This document shows positions 28,015-37,195 of a stretch of DNA of 64,000 nt, piece by piece. Within the stretch, counting starts at the first letter, position 1. Each line of letters starts with the position of its first letter. Source of the DNA: a virus (Duplodnaviria; Caudoviricetes). The notes beneath the pieces were generated by a model. That model saw only the letters and a program-made list of their open reading frames with translations, was not told the DNA's origin and did no database searches. Both the position numbers and the translations under genes were made by a program. The DNA lies in the IMG/VR virus record IMGVR_UViG_3300032295_002421, positions 1 through 64,000 of that record. One strand, given 5' to 3'.

Positions 28015-28158
28015 ATGAAAATATTAAGCGTAAATGATTATTTTGTAGAGGTATTGTGGATAGATGATAATGAGATCGAATACATTCCACGTGAAGAGTT
28101 TGACAAGAAGTATGGAGCTCCAAAAGATCCTTCAATTCCAATTTTATTCATTAAATAA
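28015..28158 (+). CDS. Small hypothetical protein (47 aa)
   Basis: MKILSVNDYFVEVLWID...; gap-filling ORF. Confidence 0.5.
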   Translation: MKILSVNDYFVEVLWIDDNEIEYIPREEFDKKYGAPKDPSIPILFIK

Positions 28159-28240
28159 ATAGTTATGACTCTAACAGTTCCAATCGTTACTTATCCACAT
28201 TTTCCAAAAGAAATTCAAACAATCCACTTAAATTAAGGTT

Positions 28241-28603
28241 ATGACTCAAAAAGAAATTAAAGCATTAGCATCAGAAATTATTGGCGACGGACAACTTCCT
28301 AATAAGTTCTTCGTAACAGTAAGTCCTTATATTACAACTATTGATGAGTTTGGAGATCATAATTCAGAACTTATTGAAGGTTACACTGATGAGGATACTA
28401 CAACAGAAGTCTTTGACACTTATGAAGAAGCCGAAGAATATTTCAATACAATAGATCTTGATCATCGTTATGGTACAGGACATGCCATGATTGAAGATAG
28501 ATTGACTGGACAAATTACAGAAATATTTTTAGAGTCAGTAGTTGAAGTTAATTATCATTTGCGTGGACATGATATGTCAAAAACATTTGGTTATAAAAAA
28601 TAA
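28241..28603 (+). CDS. Acidic hypothetical protein
   Basis: AAGGTT-ATG start context. Confidence 0.75.
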   Translation: MTQKEIKALASEIIGDGQLPNKFFVTVSPYITTIDEFGDHNSELIEGYTDEDTTTEVFDTYEEAEEYFNTIDLDHRYGTGHAMIEDRLTGQITEIFLESVVEVNYHLRGHDMSKTFGYKK

Positions 28604-28607
28604 TATT

Positions 28608-28829
28608 ATGAATAAATTAAGAATACGGAAAACAATTACGCCTAAGAATTCTTTAGAGTATAATGAATGGCTAAAAGAATTTAATTTTGGAAGTGCTTAT
28701 GATCTTACTAAAGAGAAAGCTAGGAAGCACTCTTTAAATGAACACTACGACTTTACTAAACTAATTCCTCAGACTGAAGAATTTAGTTTTAAAAATATCC
28801 TAGAATTGGTTAAATTTAAGTTCCTATGA
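28608..28829 (+). CDS. Hypothetical protein
   Basis: Start moved to ATG 28608. Confidence 0.65.
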   Translation: MNKLRIRKTITPKNSLEYNEWLKEFNFGSAYDLTKEKARKHSLNEHYDFTKLIPQTEEFSFKNILELVKFKFL

Positions 28830-29149
28830 TAATTGTGCACTCTTTTATAGTTCCATTCTTTTGGATAGACGAGAAAGGTCCTTATCTAATAGATGATAAT
28901 GGAAGAAGAGATTTGCCTCAAGGTACCACAAGAGATCAGATCCTGTGGTTCAAGAAGCCTCATAGAGGTGGAAAGAACCCTGCATTTGAAAGGGATATTG
29001 AATGGGATGTGGAAGGTACAAAAGGTAAGAAGTATCTAGTGACACTCAAAGGAAAAACCTGGGAGTGCAACTGTCACTCTTTTAAATTTTCTGGAAATAA
29101 AAGAACATGCAAACATATAGAGGACTTAAAGGGTTCATATTTATCATAG
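28826..29149 (+). CDS. SWIM zinc-finger protein
   Basis: WECNC-x9-CKHI (CxC...CxH). Confidence 0.8.
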   Translation: MIIVHSFIVPFFWIDEKGPYLIDDNGRRDLPQGTTRDQILWFKKPHRGGKNPAFERDIEWDVEGTKGKKYLVTLKGKTWECNCHSFKFSGNKRTCKHIEDLKGSYLS

Positions 29150-29167
29150 GACCTAAAACCTATCTAT

Positions 29168-29761
29168 ATGAACAAGAAGGAAAGAGAGTTCGTCAAATAC
29201 GTAAAGTCTGAATGTAAAAAGTATGGGGTCAAGTGTGACTTGAGGAAAACTAGATACGTTAGATTATCAGGAAATATAAAGTGCTCAGGATATTTTGATG
29301 AAGATACTCCGGCTCTTGTTTGTTCAATGAATAGAAAGGATTGGATAGAGATCCTTGCACATGAATTTTCTCACCTCACGCAATGGATAGAGCAGATAGA
29401 TATTTGGAAGAAGTGTATGACAAGTATGCCTCTTGTAGATGCTTGGTTAGAAGGTGAAGAGGTTCCTAATATAAAGAAACATTTGGCAGTATCTAGAGAG
29501 TTAGAATTGGATAATGAAAAAAGGTCTGTAAGAATTATTAAAAAGTTTGGTCTAGATGTAGACATAGATAGCTATATAAAAAAGGCTAATGCATATATCT
29601 ACTTCTATAATAGATTATTGGCTACAAGAAAGTGGGCCACTCCAAACAATAGCCCATACAGTAACCAAAAGATCATAGAGAAGATGCCAAGGTATTTTAA
29701 AGCTGATTATTCAATAACACCTAAAAGAATAGAAAAAGTATTCATACAAGAAAACTTATAG
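29168..29761 (+). CDS. Zincin-like metallopeptidase (ImmA/IrrE-like)
   Basis: ILAHEFSH plus a downstream acidic ELELDNE segment. Confidence 0.65.
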   Translation: MNKKEREFVKYVKSECKKYGVKCDLRKTRYVRLSGNIKCSGYFDEDTPALVCSMNRKDWIEILAHEFSHLTQWIEQIDIWKKCMTSMPLVDAWLEGEEVPNIKKHLAVSRELELDNEKRSVRIIKKFGLDVDIDSYIKKANAYIYFYNRLLATRKWATPNNSPYSNQKIIEKMPRYFKADYSITPKRIEKVFIQENL

Positions 29762-29763
29762 TT

Positions 29764-30144
29764 ATGGACTCAACAATAAAGCCTACGAGAAAACACGTAA
29801 ATCAAATCCTTGATTGGTGTATAAAGACTTATGGTAAATCTAAATTCAATAGACCAATTCCAGAAATAGAGTTTAAGAAACCAGACTACTATACAGAAGG
29901 ATGTATAGCATATTACGATGAGATTGATGCTGTTATATTTGTAGACAAAGTTGCTAATGATAGTTTAAATGAGTTAGCGAATAGCATCATCCACGAATAT
30001 ATACACTACAAACAAAACATGAAACACTATCAGATACTTGCAATGTATCTACCAGATCATAAAAATCCTATGGAAATTGAGGCATCAAAAATTGCTAAAA
30101 GAGATACAAAAAAGTGCTTAAAAGAACTATTTGGCACTAAGTAG
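29764..30144 (+). CDS. Zincin-like metallopeptidase
   Basis: IIHEYIH...PMEIEA. Confidence 0.65.
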   Translation: MDSTIKPTRKHVNQILDWCIKTYGKSKFNRPIPEIEFKKPDYYTEGCIAYYDEIDAVIFVDKVANDSLNELANSIIHEYIHYKQNMKHYQILAMYLPDHKNPMEIEASKIAKRDTKKCLKELFGTK

Positions 30145-30188
30145 TTTAACCTTACTATTAATATTTATTATTATATTAATTTAATATA

Positions 30189-30479
30189 ATGACTATACTT
30201 CAAGTAACAGAATCAGAACACATAAAAGAGTATTTTTTACAATATGGGATTTTGGGTATACTTGCTTTTTTACTTGGCTATTTTGCATGGATGCAATATC
30301 AAAGACTTGTTAAAAAAAATGATATGCTTGAAGAAAAAGTAGATAGACTTCAAGAAGAAATGATGGGATTAATTGCAGAAGAAAGAGATAGACTAGCAGA
30401 ACTTATTAAAGATAATACTGAAGCGTTGCGTGAATTACAGAAAACGATATTTAAGTACATGGTTAAAAATAATGAGTGA
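30189..30479 (+). CDS. Single-TM + coiled-coil protein (BhlA-holin-like)
   Basis: QYGILGILAFLLGYFAW TM helix followed by a heptad-rich tail. Confidence 0.5.
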   Translation: MTILQVTESEHIKEYFLQYGILGILAFLLGYFAWMQYQRLVKKNDMLEEKVDRLQEEMMGLIAEERDRLAELIKDNTEALRELQKTIFKYMVKNNE

Positions 30480-30793
30480 TGGATTACAAGAAATATTCTT
30501 TAGGCAAAATGGGAGATAAATTAGTTAAAGCAATGGAAGCTAAAGAGCATTTCGATAAGAAAGAAATTGAAAATAATTATATAAGAAAAATACAAACACT
30601 AAAAGAGATCCTCACTCACGAATATAAATTTGCTACTGAAAATAAAGGTAAGCATTCAAATTACGCAATTAAATTAGAAGTAGTTGAGAAGCATATAGAC
30701 TACGTAAAAAAGGTTCAAAATAAAAAGTCATTTGATCAATCAGATAAACAGATCATAGACCAACTAATCCTAAAGTATACCTCCCATAACTGA
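30476..30793 (+). CDS. Hypothetical protein
   Basis: Coupled ORF. Confidence 0.65.
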   Translation: MMDYKKYSLGKMGDKLVKAMEAKEHFDKKEIENNYIRKIQTLKEILTHEYKFATENKGKHSNYAIKLEVVEKHIDYVKKVQNKKSFDQSDKQIIDQLILKYTSHN

Positions 30794-30943
30794 TTGATTT
30801 CCAATCACTTATAACTTATTGATAATCAATCACTTATAACTTATTGATTTTCAATCGAGAATTTTTAAAAAAAGTCAAAATAAATTTTTTTATCTCGATG
30901 GAATGTCTTAATTTTACTATGTATCAAACAAATAAAAGTTATG
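30786..30943 (+). promoter_or_regulatory. Early promoter cassette 2
   Basis: Repeat units at 30786, 30811 and 30836 (exact 25-nt period); TGTCTTAATTTTACTATGTATCAAA. Confidence 0.8.
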
Positions 30944-31819
30944 AATAAGCAAGTTATCCTCTCAGCTCTAGAAGCACAGCTCAAGACAAAACAGTCAGAA
31001 ATTGAAGTCTATGAAAATGACATAGTCAAGCCAGCGTACGAAGCACAGAATGCCAGTATCTTAGCTTGGTTCCAAGAAAATGTATCTAATTTAATTCAAA
31101 AAATATCAGCTACTAGAGACAGGATTGAGATCATGAAATTCGAAGAGCATGCACGCTGGAATTCATGTACTATTTCTCTAATGACTGACTATAGAAGTGA
31201 GTCTAGATCTAAGTACGCTGAGTTTAGTTGGTATAGTTCTAGAGCTACGGCAAAAGACGGATTTGTTCTAGCCGATGTACAAATATTTGGAGCCGTAGCT
31301 GCTAAGTTTCAAGAGATAGAAAACTTATTCATATATGAATGGGGACCAGCATTTACTGAGATATATAATGAGCTCAATAAAATGGAAAGAGAGTGCTCAG
31401 ACTTGAGTACTACTATTAGTAATACAAAGAGCGAAATCGCTAGTGAAGCAAAGAATCAATATAAAAAAGCTGGCTTCTTTTGTAAATTAAATACTAAAAA
31501 ATATATCCATACAAATTGGGATACAAATGATGTTACTTTGCAAGATATAGATCATCAAATAAAATTACAAATAGGTAGAAGTAACTATGACTATGTATAT
31601 GCAAGTGCTTTTAAAGTGAAAGAAATAAACAAATACAAATGCACATTACAAATCTCTAACTCACATGGAGTATTAGATAAAGAATTTACTGTAACAATTA
31701 AAAGATTTAATCAGTTTATCGATGATGTGTTTAATTGGCAAAATGGTGGATCTGAAAGTGATAGTAAATACACTATAGATAGGTTCAATAGGAGATATGC
31801 TAAACAAGAAAATGCATAA
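30941..31819 (+). CDS. Hypothetical coiled-coil-rich early protein
   Basis: 292-aa ORF after cassette 2. Confidence 0.8.
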   Translation: MNKQVILSALEAQLKTKQSEIEVYENDIVKPAYEAQNASILAWFQENVSNLIQKISATRDRIEIMKFEEHARWNSCTISLMTDYRSESRSKYAEFSWYSSRATAKDGFVLADVQIFGAVAAKFQEIENLFIYEWGPAFTEIYNELNKMERECSDLSTTISNTKSEIASEAKNQYKKAGFFCKLNTKKYIHTNWDTNDVTLQDIDHQIKLQIGRSNYDYVYASAFKVKEINKYKCTLQISNSHGVLDKEFTVTIKRFNQFIDDVFNWQNGGSESDSKYTIDRFNRRYAKQENA

Positions 31820-31916
31820 TAATGAAGTACATTAAGTATTTAAAAGATGAGTCATTATTGGCACTAATAGGATTAATTCTAATATTCATTTATATCATAT
31901 CAAAAAATTAAAGGTT

Positions 31917-32372
31917 ATGGGATTAGACATGTACATGTATAAAAAACTTTATATATCTCAAGGTGATTTTTTTAAAGAAGAATATAGAGATCAGGTCTCT
32001 ATTACTAAAGGTGGTAAAGATCATCCTACAATTAAAAATAGTCGCGTTAGATATGTAATTGAAGAGATAGGATATTGGCGTAAAGCAAATGCTATTCATA
32101 AATGGTTCGTAGATAATATTCAAAAAGGACACGATGATTGTGGAGAATATTTTGTATTTCCAAATCAACTTCAACAACTTAAAGATCTTTGCCTTCAAGT
32201 AATTGAAGACGGTAATAAAGCTCCTGAATTACTTCCTACTAATAGTGGTTGTTTCTTTGGTAGTACTGAATATGATGAATATTATTTTGATGATCTACAT
32301 GAAACAGTAAAAATAATAGACGAAGCTTTATTAGATCCTGAAGGAGCTTATTATTATTCATCAAGTTGGTAA
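31917..32372 (+). CDS. Conserved phage hypothetical protein
   Basis: MGLDMY...YWRKANAIH-WF...GCFFG-EYD motif family, common in phages. Confidence 0.8.
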   Translation: MGLDMYMYKKLYISQGDFFKEEYRDQVSITKGGKDHPTIKNSRVRYVIEEIGYWRKANAIHKWFVDNIQKGHDDCGEYFVFPNQLQQLKDLCLQVIEDGNKAPELLPTNSGCFFGSTEYDEYYFDDLHETVKIIDEALLDPEGAYYYSSSW

Positions 32373-32382
32373 AAATAAAAAC

Positions 32383-32652
32383 ATGAAGACATTTAAAGAC
32401 TTAGAATTTATAGAAATAAAAGATCTATTCTATAATGGAGTGCAGTGTAGAATTCAATTTGGCAACGGATACGGAGCCAGCATAGTTAGACACAACTTTA
32501 GTTATGGAGGAAAAGAAGGTCTCTATGAGCTTGCTGTATTAGATGAGAATGGAAAGCTACATTATGACAATCCAGTAGCTAATGGAGATGTTAGAGGGCA
32601 TTTGACACCTGATGAAGTTACAGAACTATTAAAACAAATTCAAGAGTTATGA
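32383..32652 (+). CDS. Conserved phage hypothetical protein
   Basis: F-NGYGAS...SYG...LYELAVL motif family. Confidence 0.8.
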   Translation: MKTFKDLEFIEIKDLFYNGVQCRIQFGNGYGASIVRHNFSYGGKEGLYELAVLDENGKLHYDNPVANGDVRGHLTPDEVTELLKQIQEL

Positions 32653-32852
32653 AAAAGTATTGTAAAGTATGTGGAACTGAGATCCACCCAAAACGTGTAG
32701 CATTAGGATATTCTACTTCTTGTGTAAAGCATTCGACTGCCGAAAGATATACAGGTATTGTGGCAGCAGGATCTAAAAATGACTTTGAAGTTCATGTCAT
32801 TAAAGATAGTAAGGTTGCCAAAGAACTTGTTAAGATGTCAAATATTTATTAG
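32649..32852 (+). CDS. DksA/TraR-like zinc-finger protein
   Basis: CKVCG-EIHP-R...CVKH resembles the C4-type DksA/TraR finger. Confidence 0.5.
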   Translation: MKKYCKVCGTEIHPKRVALGYSTSCVKHSTAERYTGIVAAGSKNDFEVHVIKDSKVAKELVKMSNIY

Positions 32853-32862
32853 AAAGAATCAA

Positions 32863-33141
32863 ATGAATTACGTAGACCCAGTTAAGTATAGCAAAGCAAT
32901 CTTATCATTGATGGAAGATGAATCAATGCCACAAGAGGAAACCATTCCGGTTAAAGGTAATATGACTATGAAAGAAAGAGTATCTAACCTTTCTCCTGAT
33001 GATAAAAAGAAACTTGAGGAATACATTGATGCTATTAAAGAGATCAAGAAAGAGATCCACGAATTAATTAATAAAGATGCCATTGCAGAAGAAGGCGGTA
33101 ATATGTCTTCAGGATTGTATATGAGTACAGAAGAGGAATAA
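32863..33141 (+). CDS. Hypothetical acidic protein
   Basis: Start moved to ATG 32863. Confidence 0.65.
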   Translation: MNYVDPVKYSKAILSLMEDESMPQEETIPVKGNMTMKERVSNLSPDDKKKLEEYIDAIKEIKKEIHELINKDAIAEEGGNMSSGLYMSTEEE

Positions 33142-33152
33142 AATAAAATAAA

Positions 33153-33500
33153 ATGGTTTTGTTAAATTTAGTTTACGGAGTTCTTTATGGTATAATAGGA
33201 CAAGTCTTATCTTTTATTCAACTACAAGGCGGTATCAAATGGGGTTGGACTGAGAAATACAGTTGGGCTCTTATGTTACTTGGACTTCCTATTAGTTGGG
33301 CATTCATGAAAAGTGTCCACAATTTTATCTTAGCATTTCATGGAGAAACTTGGCCTTCAAGACTATTAGGTTTTGGAATTGGAGTTATAGTATTCATTGC
33401 ACTTACTTGGTTTTTATTTAAAGAAGGTGTAACACTAAAGACTTCAATTTGTTTATTTCTTGCATTAGTTATAATTTTGATACAAATGTTGTGGAAATGA
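33153..33500 (+). CDS. Four-TM small membrane protein (SMR/DMT-like)
   Basis: 115 aa with four hydrophobic helices and FLFKEGVT before the last helix. Confidence 0.6.
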   Translation: MVLLNLVYGVLYGIIGQVLSFIQLQGGIKWGWTEKYSWALMLLGLPISWAFMKSVHNFILAFHGETWPSRLLGFGIGVIVFIALTWFLFKEGVTLKTSICLFLALVIILIQMLWK

Positions 33501-34234
33501 AAACTGTTGTATTAGGAGATACTCATGGAAGATCTAATTGGAAGCTTGCTATTCATCAAGAAAAGCCCGGTAGAGTTATATTCATTGGTGATTACTTTGA
33601 CTCATTTGAGTTTAGTGGAGTAGAGCAGATTAATAACTTTAAAGAGATTATAAAGTATAAAGAAAATAATCTACAAGTTGAAGTGGTAATGTTAATTGGC
33701 AATCATGATCATCATTACTTTCCAGAAGTAGGATATACAGGTACTAGTGGTTATCAAAATAAAATTGCTCCATCAATTACACAAGTGATAGATGAGAATA
33801 GACATCATTTACAAATGGCTTATGGTTTTGGTGAGTATCTATTTACTCATGCTGGTGTAAGTCCTGTATTTATGGATGAAACATTTGGAGAAAATGATTG
33901 GAGTATAGAAAACATTGTAGTAGATCTAAATGAAATGTTTAAATATAAACCTAAAGCATTTGACTTTAATGGTTTTGAATATACAGGTAATAATACAACA
34001 CAGACACCAATCTGGATTAGACCGAGTGCTTTGATGTCTGCAAATAAGAAACATCCTAAAGGATTAAAGAAAGACTATATTCAAATTGTAGGACATACCC
34101 AAATGCGTAAATTAGATTTAGAAGATAGTAATAAATTTACAGGAGGTAGATATTATTTCATAGATACTATGGATACAACAGGACAATATCTTATAATTGA
34201 AGATGGTAAACTAAGTGTTAATTCTGTAAAATGA
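33497..34234 (+). CDS. Calcineurin-like metallophosphoesterase
   Basis: Start moved to ATG 33497. GDTHG, GDYFD, GNHD, HAG, GHT. Confidence 0.9.
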   Translation: MKTVVLGDTHGRSNWKLAIHQEKPGRVIFIGDYFDSFEFSGVEQINNFKEIIKYKENNLQVEVVMLIGNHDHHYFPEVGYTGTSGYQNKIAPSITQVIDENRHHLQMAYGFGEYLFTHAGVSPVFMDETFGENDWSIENIVVDLNEMFKYKPKAFDFNGFEYTGNNTTQTPIWIRPSALMSANKKHPKGLKKDYIQIVGHTQMRKLDLEDSNKFTGGRYYFIDTMDTTGQYLIIEDGKLSVNSVK

Positions 34235-34243
34235 TTATTAATT

Positions 34244-34417
34244 ATGACAGTAAAAGAAAGAGCCAATTTTTTGGTAGAAAGATATGGAGATAACTGTATT
34301 CAAGTTGTTAATAGTTTATTAGAAGACAATACAGAAACAAATTATTTGTCTTATTGGAAAGATGTACTTAAAACATGTCAAGAAATTCTAACAAATAAAA
34401 AACAAGTTAATGCCTAA
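34244..34417 (+). CDS. Small hypothetical protein, distant paralogue of 41760..41996
   Basis: MTVKERA-L...YWKDV versus MTAKEKA-L...YWEKV. Confidence 0.55.
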   Translation: MTVKERANFLVERYGDNCIQVVNSLLEDNTETNYLSYWKDVLKTCQEILTNKKQVNA

Positions 34418-34574
34418 TGTAGTTGATCTAGTAGATCGTATAGAAGAAATGTTTACTGATATGCCTGATAAAAGAAAGAAGAAGGAATATCAAGAATGGA
34501 AAGTAACTATCAATAAGTTAATAGAAGAAGTAAATAAAATGTCAAAGATAAAAATGTATTCAACCATTAAATAA
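34410..34574 (+). CDS. Small hypothetical protein (54 aa)
   Basis: MPNVVDLVDRIEEMF...; coupled, gap-filling ORF. Confidence 0.55.
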   Translation: MPNVVDLVDRIEEMFTDMPDKRKKKEYQEWKVTINKLIEEVNKMSKIKMYSTIK

Positions 34575-34580
34575 AAAGTT

Positions 34581-34964
34581 ATGGCGTACAGTCGTTTCGG
34601 ATCCAGCCGTTGGTACACTTATTGGTATGAAGATTATAGTTCAGGAATAAAGTTTCCTACTAAAAAAGAAAAGAGGAAACAAATGTTTATGATCCATGAC
34701 TTTCCTACGTATATAATTACATACGGGGAACTACAAGATAAAGGGATAGGTAGAATATGGGATGACATAAGATTATTCTATTGGACTGATACAGAAGAGT
34801 TTAAAGCAAAGAAACCTTCTGAAACTGAAATGCGTGAACTAATGGATTATATTTTTCAATGGGAAAAAGATGTGAATAAATATTTTAAATTATTTAATTT
34901 TATAAAATATGAATGGTATTATCCATTAAGAATTAAAATAAAAAATTATGGAAAAAAATTATAA
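34581..34964 (+). CDS. Hypothetical protein
   Basis: MAYSRFG-S-WY N-terminal motif. Confidence 0.7.
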   Translation: MAYSRFGSSRWYTYWYEDYSSGIKFPTKKEKRKQMFMIHDFPTYIITYGELQDKGIGRIWDDIRLFYWTDTEEFKAKKPSETEMRELMDYIFQWEKDVNKYFKLFNFIKYEWYYPLRIKIKNYGKKL

Positions 34965-35178
34965 GCAACACAATTCTGGACACTATCTAGAATTAGCAGA
35001 TAGACTGTGTGTAATCATGGGTAATATAGATGAATATTGTTATGATCACCCTGCTTCTAATGATGAGATTAAAAAACTTATAGATGAAGCAATGAAGAAT
35101 CTTTGGGATGCATATCAAATAACAGGAGTAAACATATGTGAATATTCCGGACTAAGAGGATTAGAAGGATACGAGTAA
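34948..35178 (+). CDS. Hypothetical protein
   Basis: 76-aa ORF. Confidence 0.65.
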   Translation: MEKNYKQHNSGHYLELADRLCVIMGNIDEYCYDHPASNDEIKKLIDEAMKNLWDAYQITGVNICEYSGLRGLEGYE

Positions 35179-35214
35179 GCGCGGCCGCGGGTAGGGCACT
35201 TTTCGAGAGGGCCT
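35179..35214. other. GC-rich patch with 10-bp palindrome CGCGGCCGCG (35180-35189)
   Basis: Intergenic and anomalous against the AT-rich background. Confidence 0.6.
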
Positions 35215-35337
35215 AAAAAATACCATAAATACAAATATGCCAGAAACTACACTACAAGAAGTCCTAACCATAATATTAATATGGGAAATAACAAGACTCA
35301 TACTAAGAAAGCTATGGTATAAAATAATAAACAGACT

Positions 35338-35523
35338 ATGAATTGGAATGACCCAAGAATCTCTAAGATCATAGAACTAGAACTAAGAGTAACTAGAGCT
35401 GTGATCAACGGACATCGACCGGCCGAAAACGACGAATACGAAAATGATAGATTAGAAATTCAAAAACTAAGAAAAGAAATAGAGAATGAAAACAGAAGCA
35501 ACAGAGATCATCAAAGCAGTTAG
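35338..35523 (+). CDS. Hypothetical protein
   Basis: 61-aa ORF. Confidence 0.6.
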   Translation: MNWNDPRISKIIELELRVTRAVINGHRPAENDEYENDRLEIQKLRKEIENENRSNRDHQSS

Positions 35524-35695
35524 GTTTATAATTGAAAACAAATTCGGTGAACCAGGTTGTAAAGAACCGGAGCATATATTACTAGAAAGGTCTAAGATAG
35601 TTACTAGGTATATAATAGGCAGAGTATTAAAAACAGACTTAGATCCAAAGTATCTAGTAGAGTTACAAGAAGAGATTGACTCACTAAAAAGTTAG
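35486..35695 (+). CDS. Hypothetical protein
   Basis: 69-aa ORF. Confidence 0.6.
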   Translation: MKTEATEIIKAVRFIIENKFGEPGCKEPEHILLERSKIVTRYIIGRVLKTDLDPKYLVELQEEIDSLKS

Positions 35696-35715
35696 AATTT
35701 CTCTGGTCCGTGAAA

Positions 35716-35728
35716 TGTCATATATTTG
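35716..35728 (+). promoter_or_regulatory. Bacteroidota-type -7 promoter element (TGTCA-TATATTTG)
   Basis: Exact TAnnTTTG with the same TGTC prefix as the cassettes; 21 nt before ATG 35750. Confidence 0.55.
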
Positions 35729-35749
35729 ATATATATAAAAATTGTAAAA

Positions 35750-35944
35750 ATGAGAAACACCAAGTTAATTACAATCCTATTGTTAATAGTAGGATCAATA
35801 CTATTTACAGGTTGTATAACAAGTAAAAGAAATAGTAGTTGTTTAAATCCTAAAAGTAAAGGATACAAATATACACCTAGACTTCAAGGAAACCAAAAGT
35901 GGAACTACAAAAAATACATGGGCCCGAAAAGGAAAGTGAAATGA
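35750..35944 (+). CDS. Small putative lipoprotein
   Basis: Basic N-terminus, hydrophobic core, lipobox-like FTG-C. Confidence 0.6.
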   Translation: MRNTKLITILLLIVGSILFTGCITSKRNSSCLNPKSKGYKYTPRLQGNQKWNYKKYMGPKRKVK

Positions 35945-36222
35945 CAAGACAAGAAATAAAAGCAAATAAAGAGAGAACTCTTCTTAAAGAACTTATCGAT
36001 AAGATGTTTGAGATAGCAGGTCATGATCTTAAGTTTGAAGATGTAGAAGGTAGGACTGATAATTGGTTCCAACAGTATACAATGACTGAAGAACAGAATA
36101 AGGAATGGAGAGAATGGGGAACTAAGCATATTAAAAAGAAGAAACGTTACTATTCGAAAATAGCATCTCGCGAAATGGCGTTCCTTGATTTATATTGTGG
36201 ACTTAAAATTGAAAACAAATAA
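35941..36222 (+). CDS. Hypothetical protein
   Basis: Start moved to ATG 35941. Confidence 0.7.
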   Translation: MTRQEIKANKERTLLKELIDKMFEIAGHDLKFEDVEGRTDNWFQQYTMTEEQNKEWREWGTKHIKKKKRYYSKIASREMAFLDLYCGLKIENK

Positions 36223-36223
36223 C

Positions 36224-36460
36224 ATGGCACAACAAGATATAATGCAAGACGGTACACCTTATCCATTTGCATCTGGACCAGTAGATGATGGATATAAATT
36301 ACCTATTAATAATTCACAAAAAGACTGGTTTAAGGTAGAAAATGGAAGATTAAAACATGTGTTTGAGTTACATACTCGAGGTGGTTTTTTATGGAGGTTA
36401 TGGTTTTTGATATCGGCTCCAATAATTTGGTTAGTTAAAGGTGAAATTAAAATTAAATAA
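36224..36460 (+). CDS. Hypothetical protein with C-terminal hydrophobic helix
   Basis: Start moved to ATG 36224. Confidence 0.6.
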   Translation: MAQQDIMQDGTPYPFASGPVDDGYKLPINNSQKDWFKVENGRLKHVFELHTRGGFLWRLWFLISAPIIWLVKGEIKIK

Positions 36461-36462
36461 CT

Positions 36463-36933
36463 ATGATAGCAGTATTACTAATTAAACATGAAGGAGAAGA
36501 TAGACTCTTAAATAAATGTTTGGCTTCATTAGAACAACAAACAAATAAAGAGTTTAAAGTCTATGAGACTAATCCTGAGTCTATTAATCAGACTATTCAA
36601 TCTATACTAGGTGAAGGTTTGAAATACATTTGCTATTTGGATAGCTATGACTATTATTTGCCTGAACATATTGATACAGTATATAAGGCAATAGCAAGGG
36701 CAAAGACTAGATACATCTATACTATTTCTAAAGTGGTTAGATATAAAGATTGTGGTGGTGCTTGTTGTATTGAGGATGAAGTTCCTAGAATTACAGAGAA
36801 GATGTTTGATGAAAGAGTAGTTGATATTAATAGTGTGATTAGATCAGCTATTTGTTTGAACTACGATTTTGAAGAATCAAATACTGCAACACAAGTAAAC
36901 ATAATTACTGTGACGCATAGATTAAGTGACTAG
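36463..36933 (+). CDS. Short GT2-like (GT-A) protein
   Basis: CLASLEQQTNKEF and YICYLDSYDYYLPEHI match GT2 N-terminal motifs. Confidence 0.55.
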   Translation: MIAVLLIKHEGEDRLLNKCLASLEQQTNKEFKVYETNPESINQTIQSILGEGLKYICYLDSYDYYLPEHIDTVYKAIARAKTRYIYTISKVVRYKDCGGACCIEDEVPRITEKMFDERVVDINSVIRSAICLNYDFEESNTATQVNIITVTHRLSD

Positions 36934-37184
36934 ACTTTCTTTATTATGGATTTAATGTCACAATAGCAAGAGTTAGCGCCATGTGCTATAGCCATTAAAA
37001 TCCACATTAAAGTCATTTCATTTAAACCTAAAAATGTTTTTACTTCAATCTCTTGTGAAATAGAATCTGGTGAACAGTGGATTATAGATGGAGTTGGTTC
37101 GTAAAAATAAAAAGCAAGAAGAAGAAAAGATACAGATACCCAATACCTTAAAAAATAGTATATAAATTTATTTAGCATATACAA
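36930..37184 (-). CDS. Small two-TM membrane protein, opposite to flanking genes
   Basis: Fills a gap with no + strand ORF; two hydrophobic helices. Confidence 0.55.
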   Translation of the reverse strand: MYMLNKFIYYFLRYWVSVSFLLLAFYFYEPTPSIIHCSPDSISQEIEVKTFLGLNEMTLMWILMAIAHGANSCYCDIKSIIKKV

Positions 37185-37195
37185 ATAAATATAAA

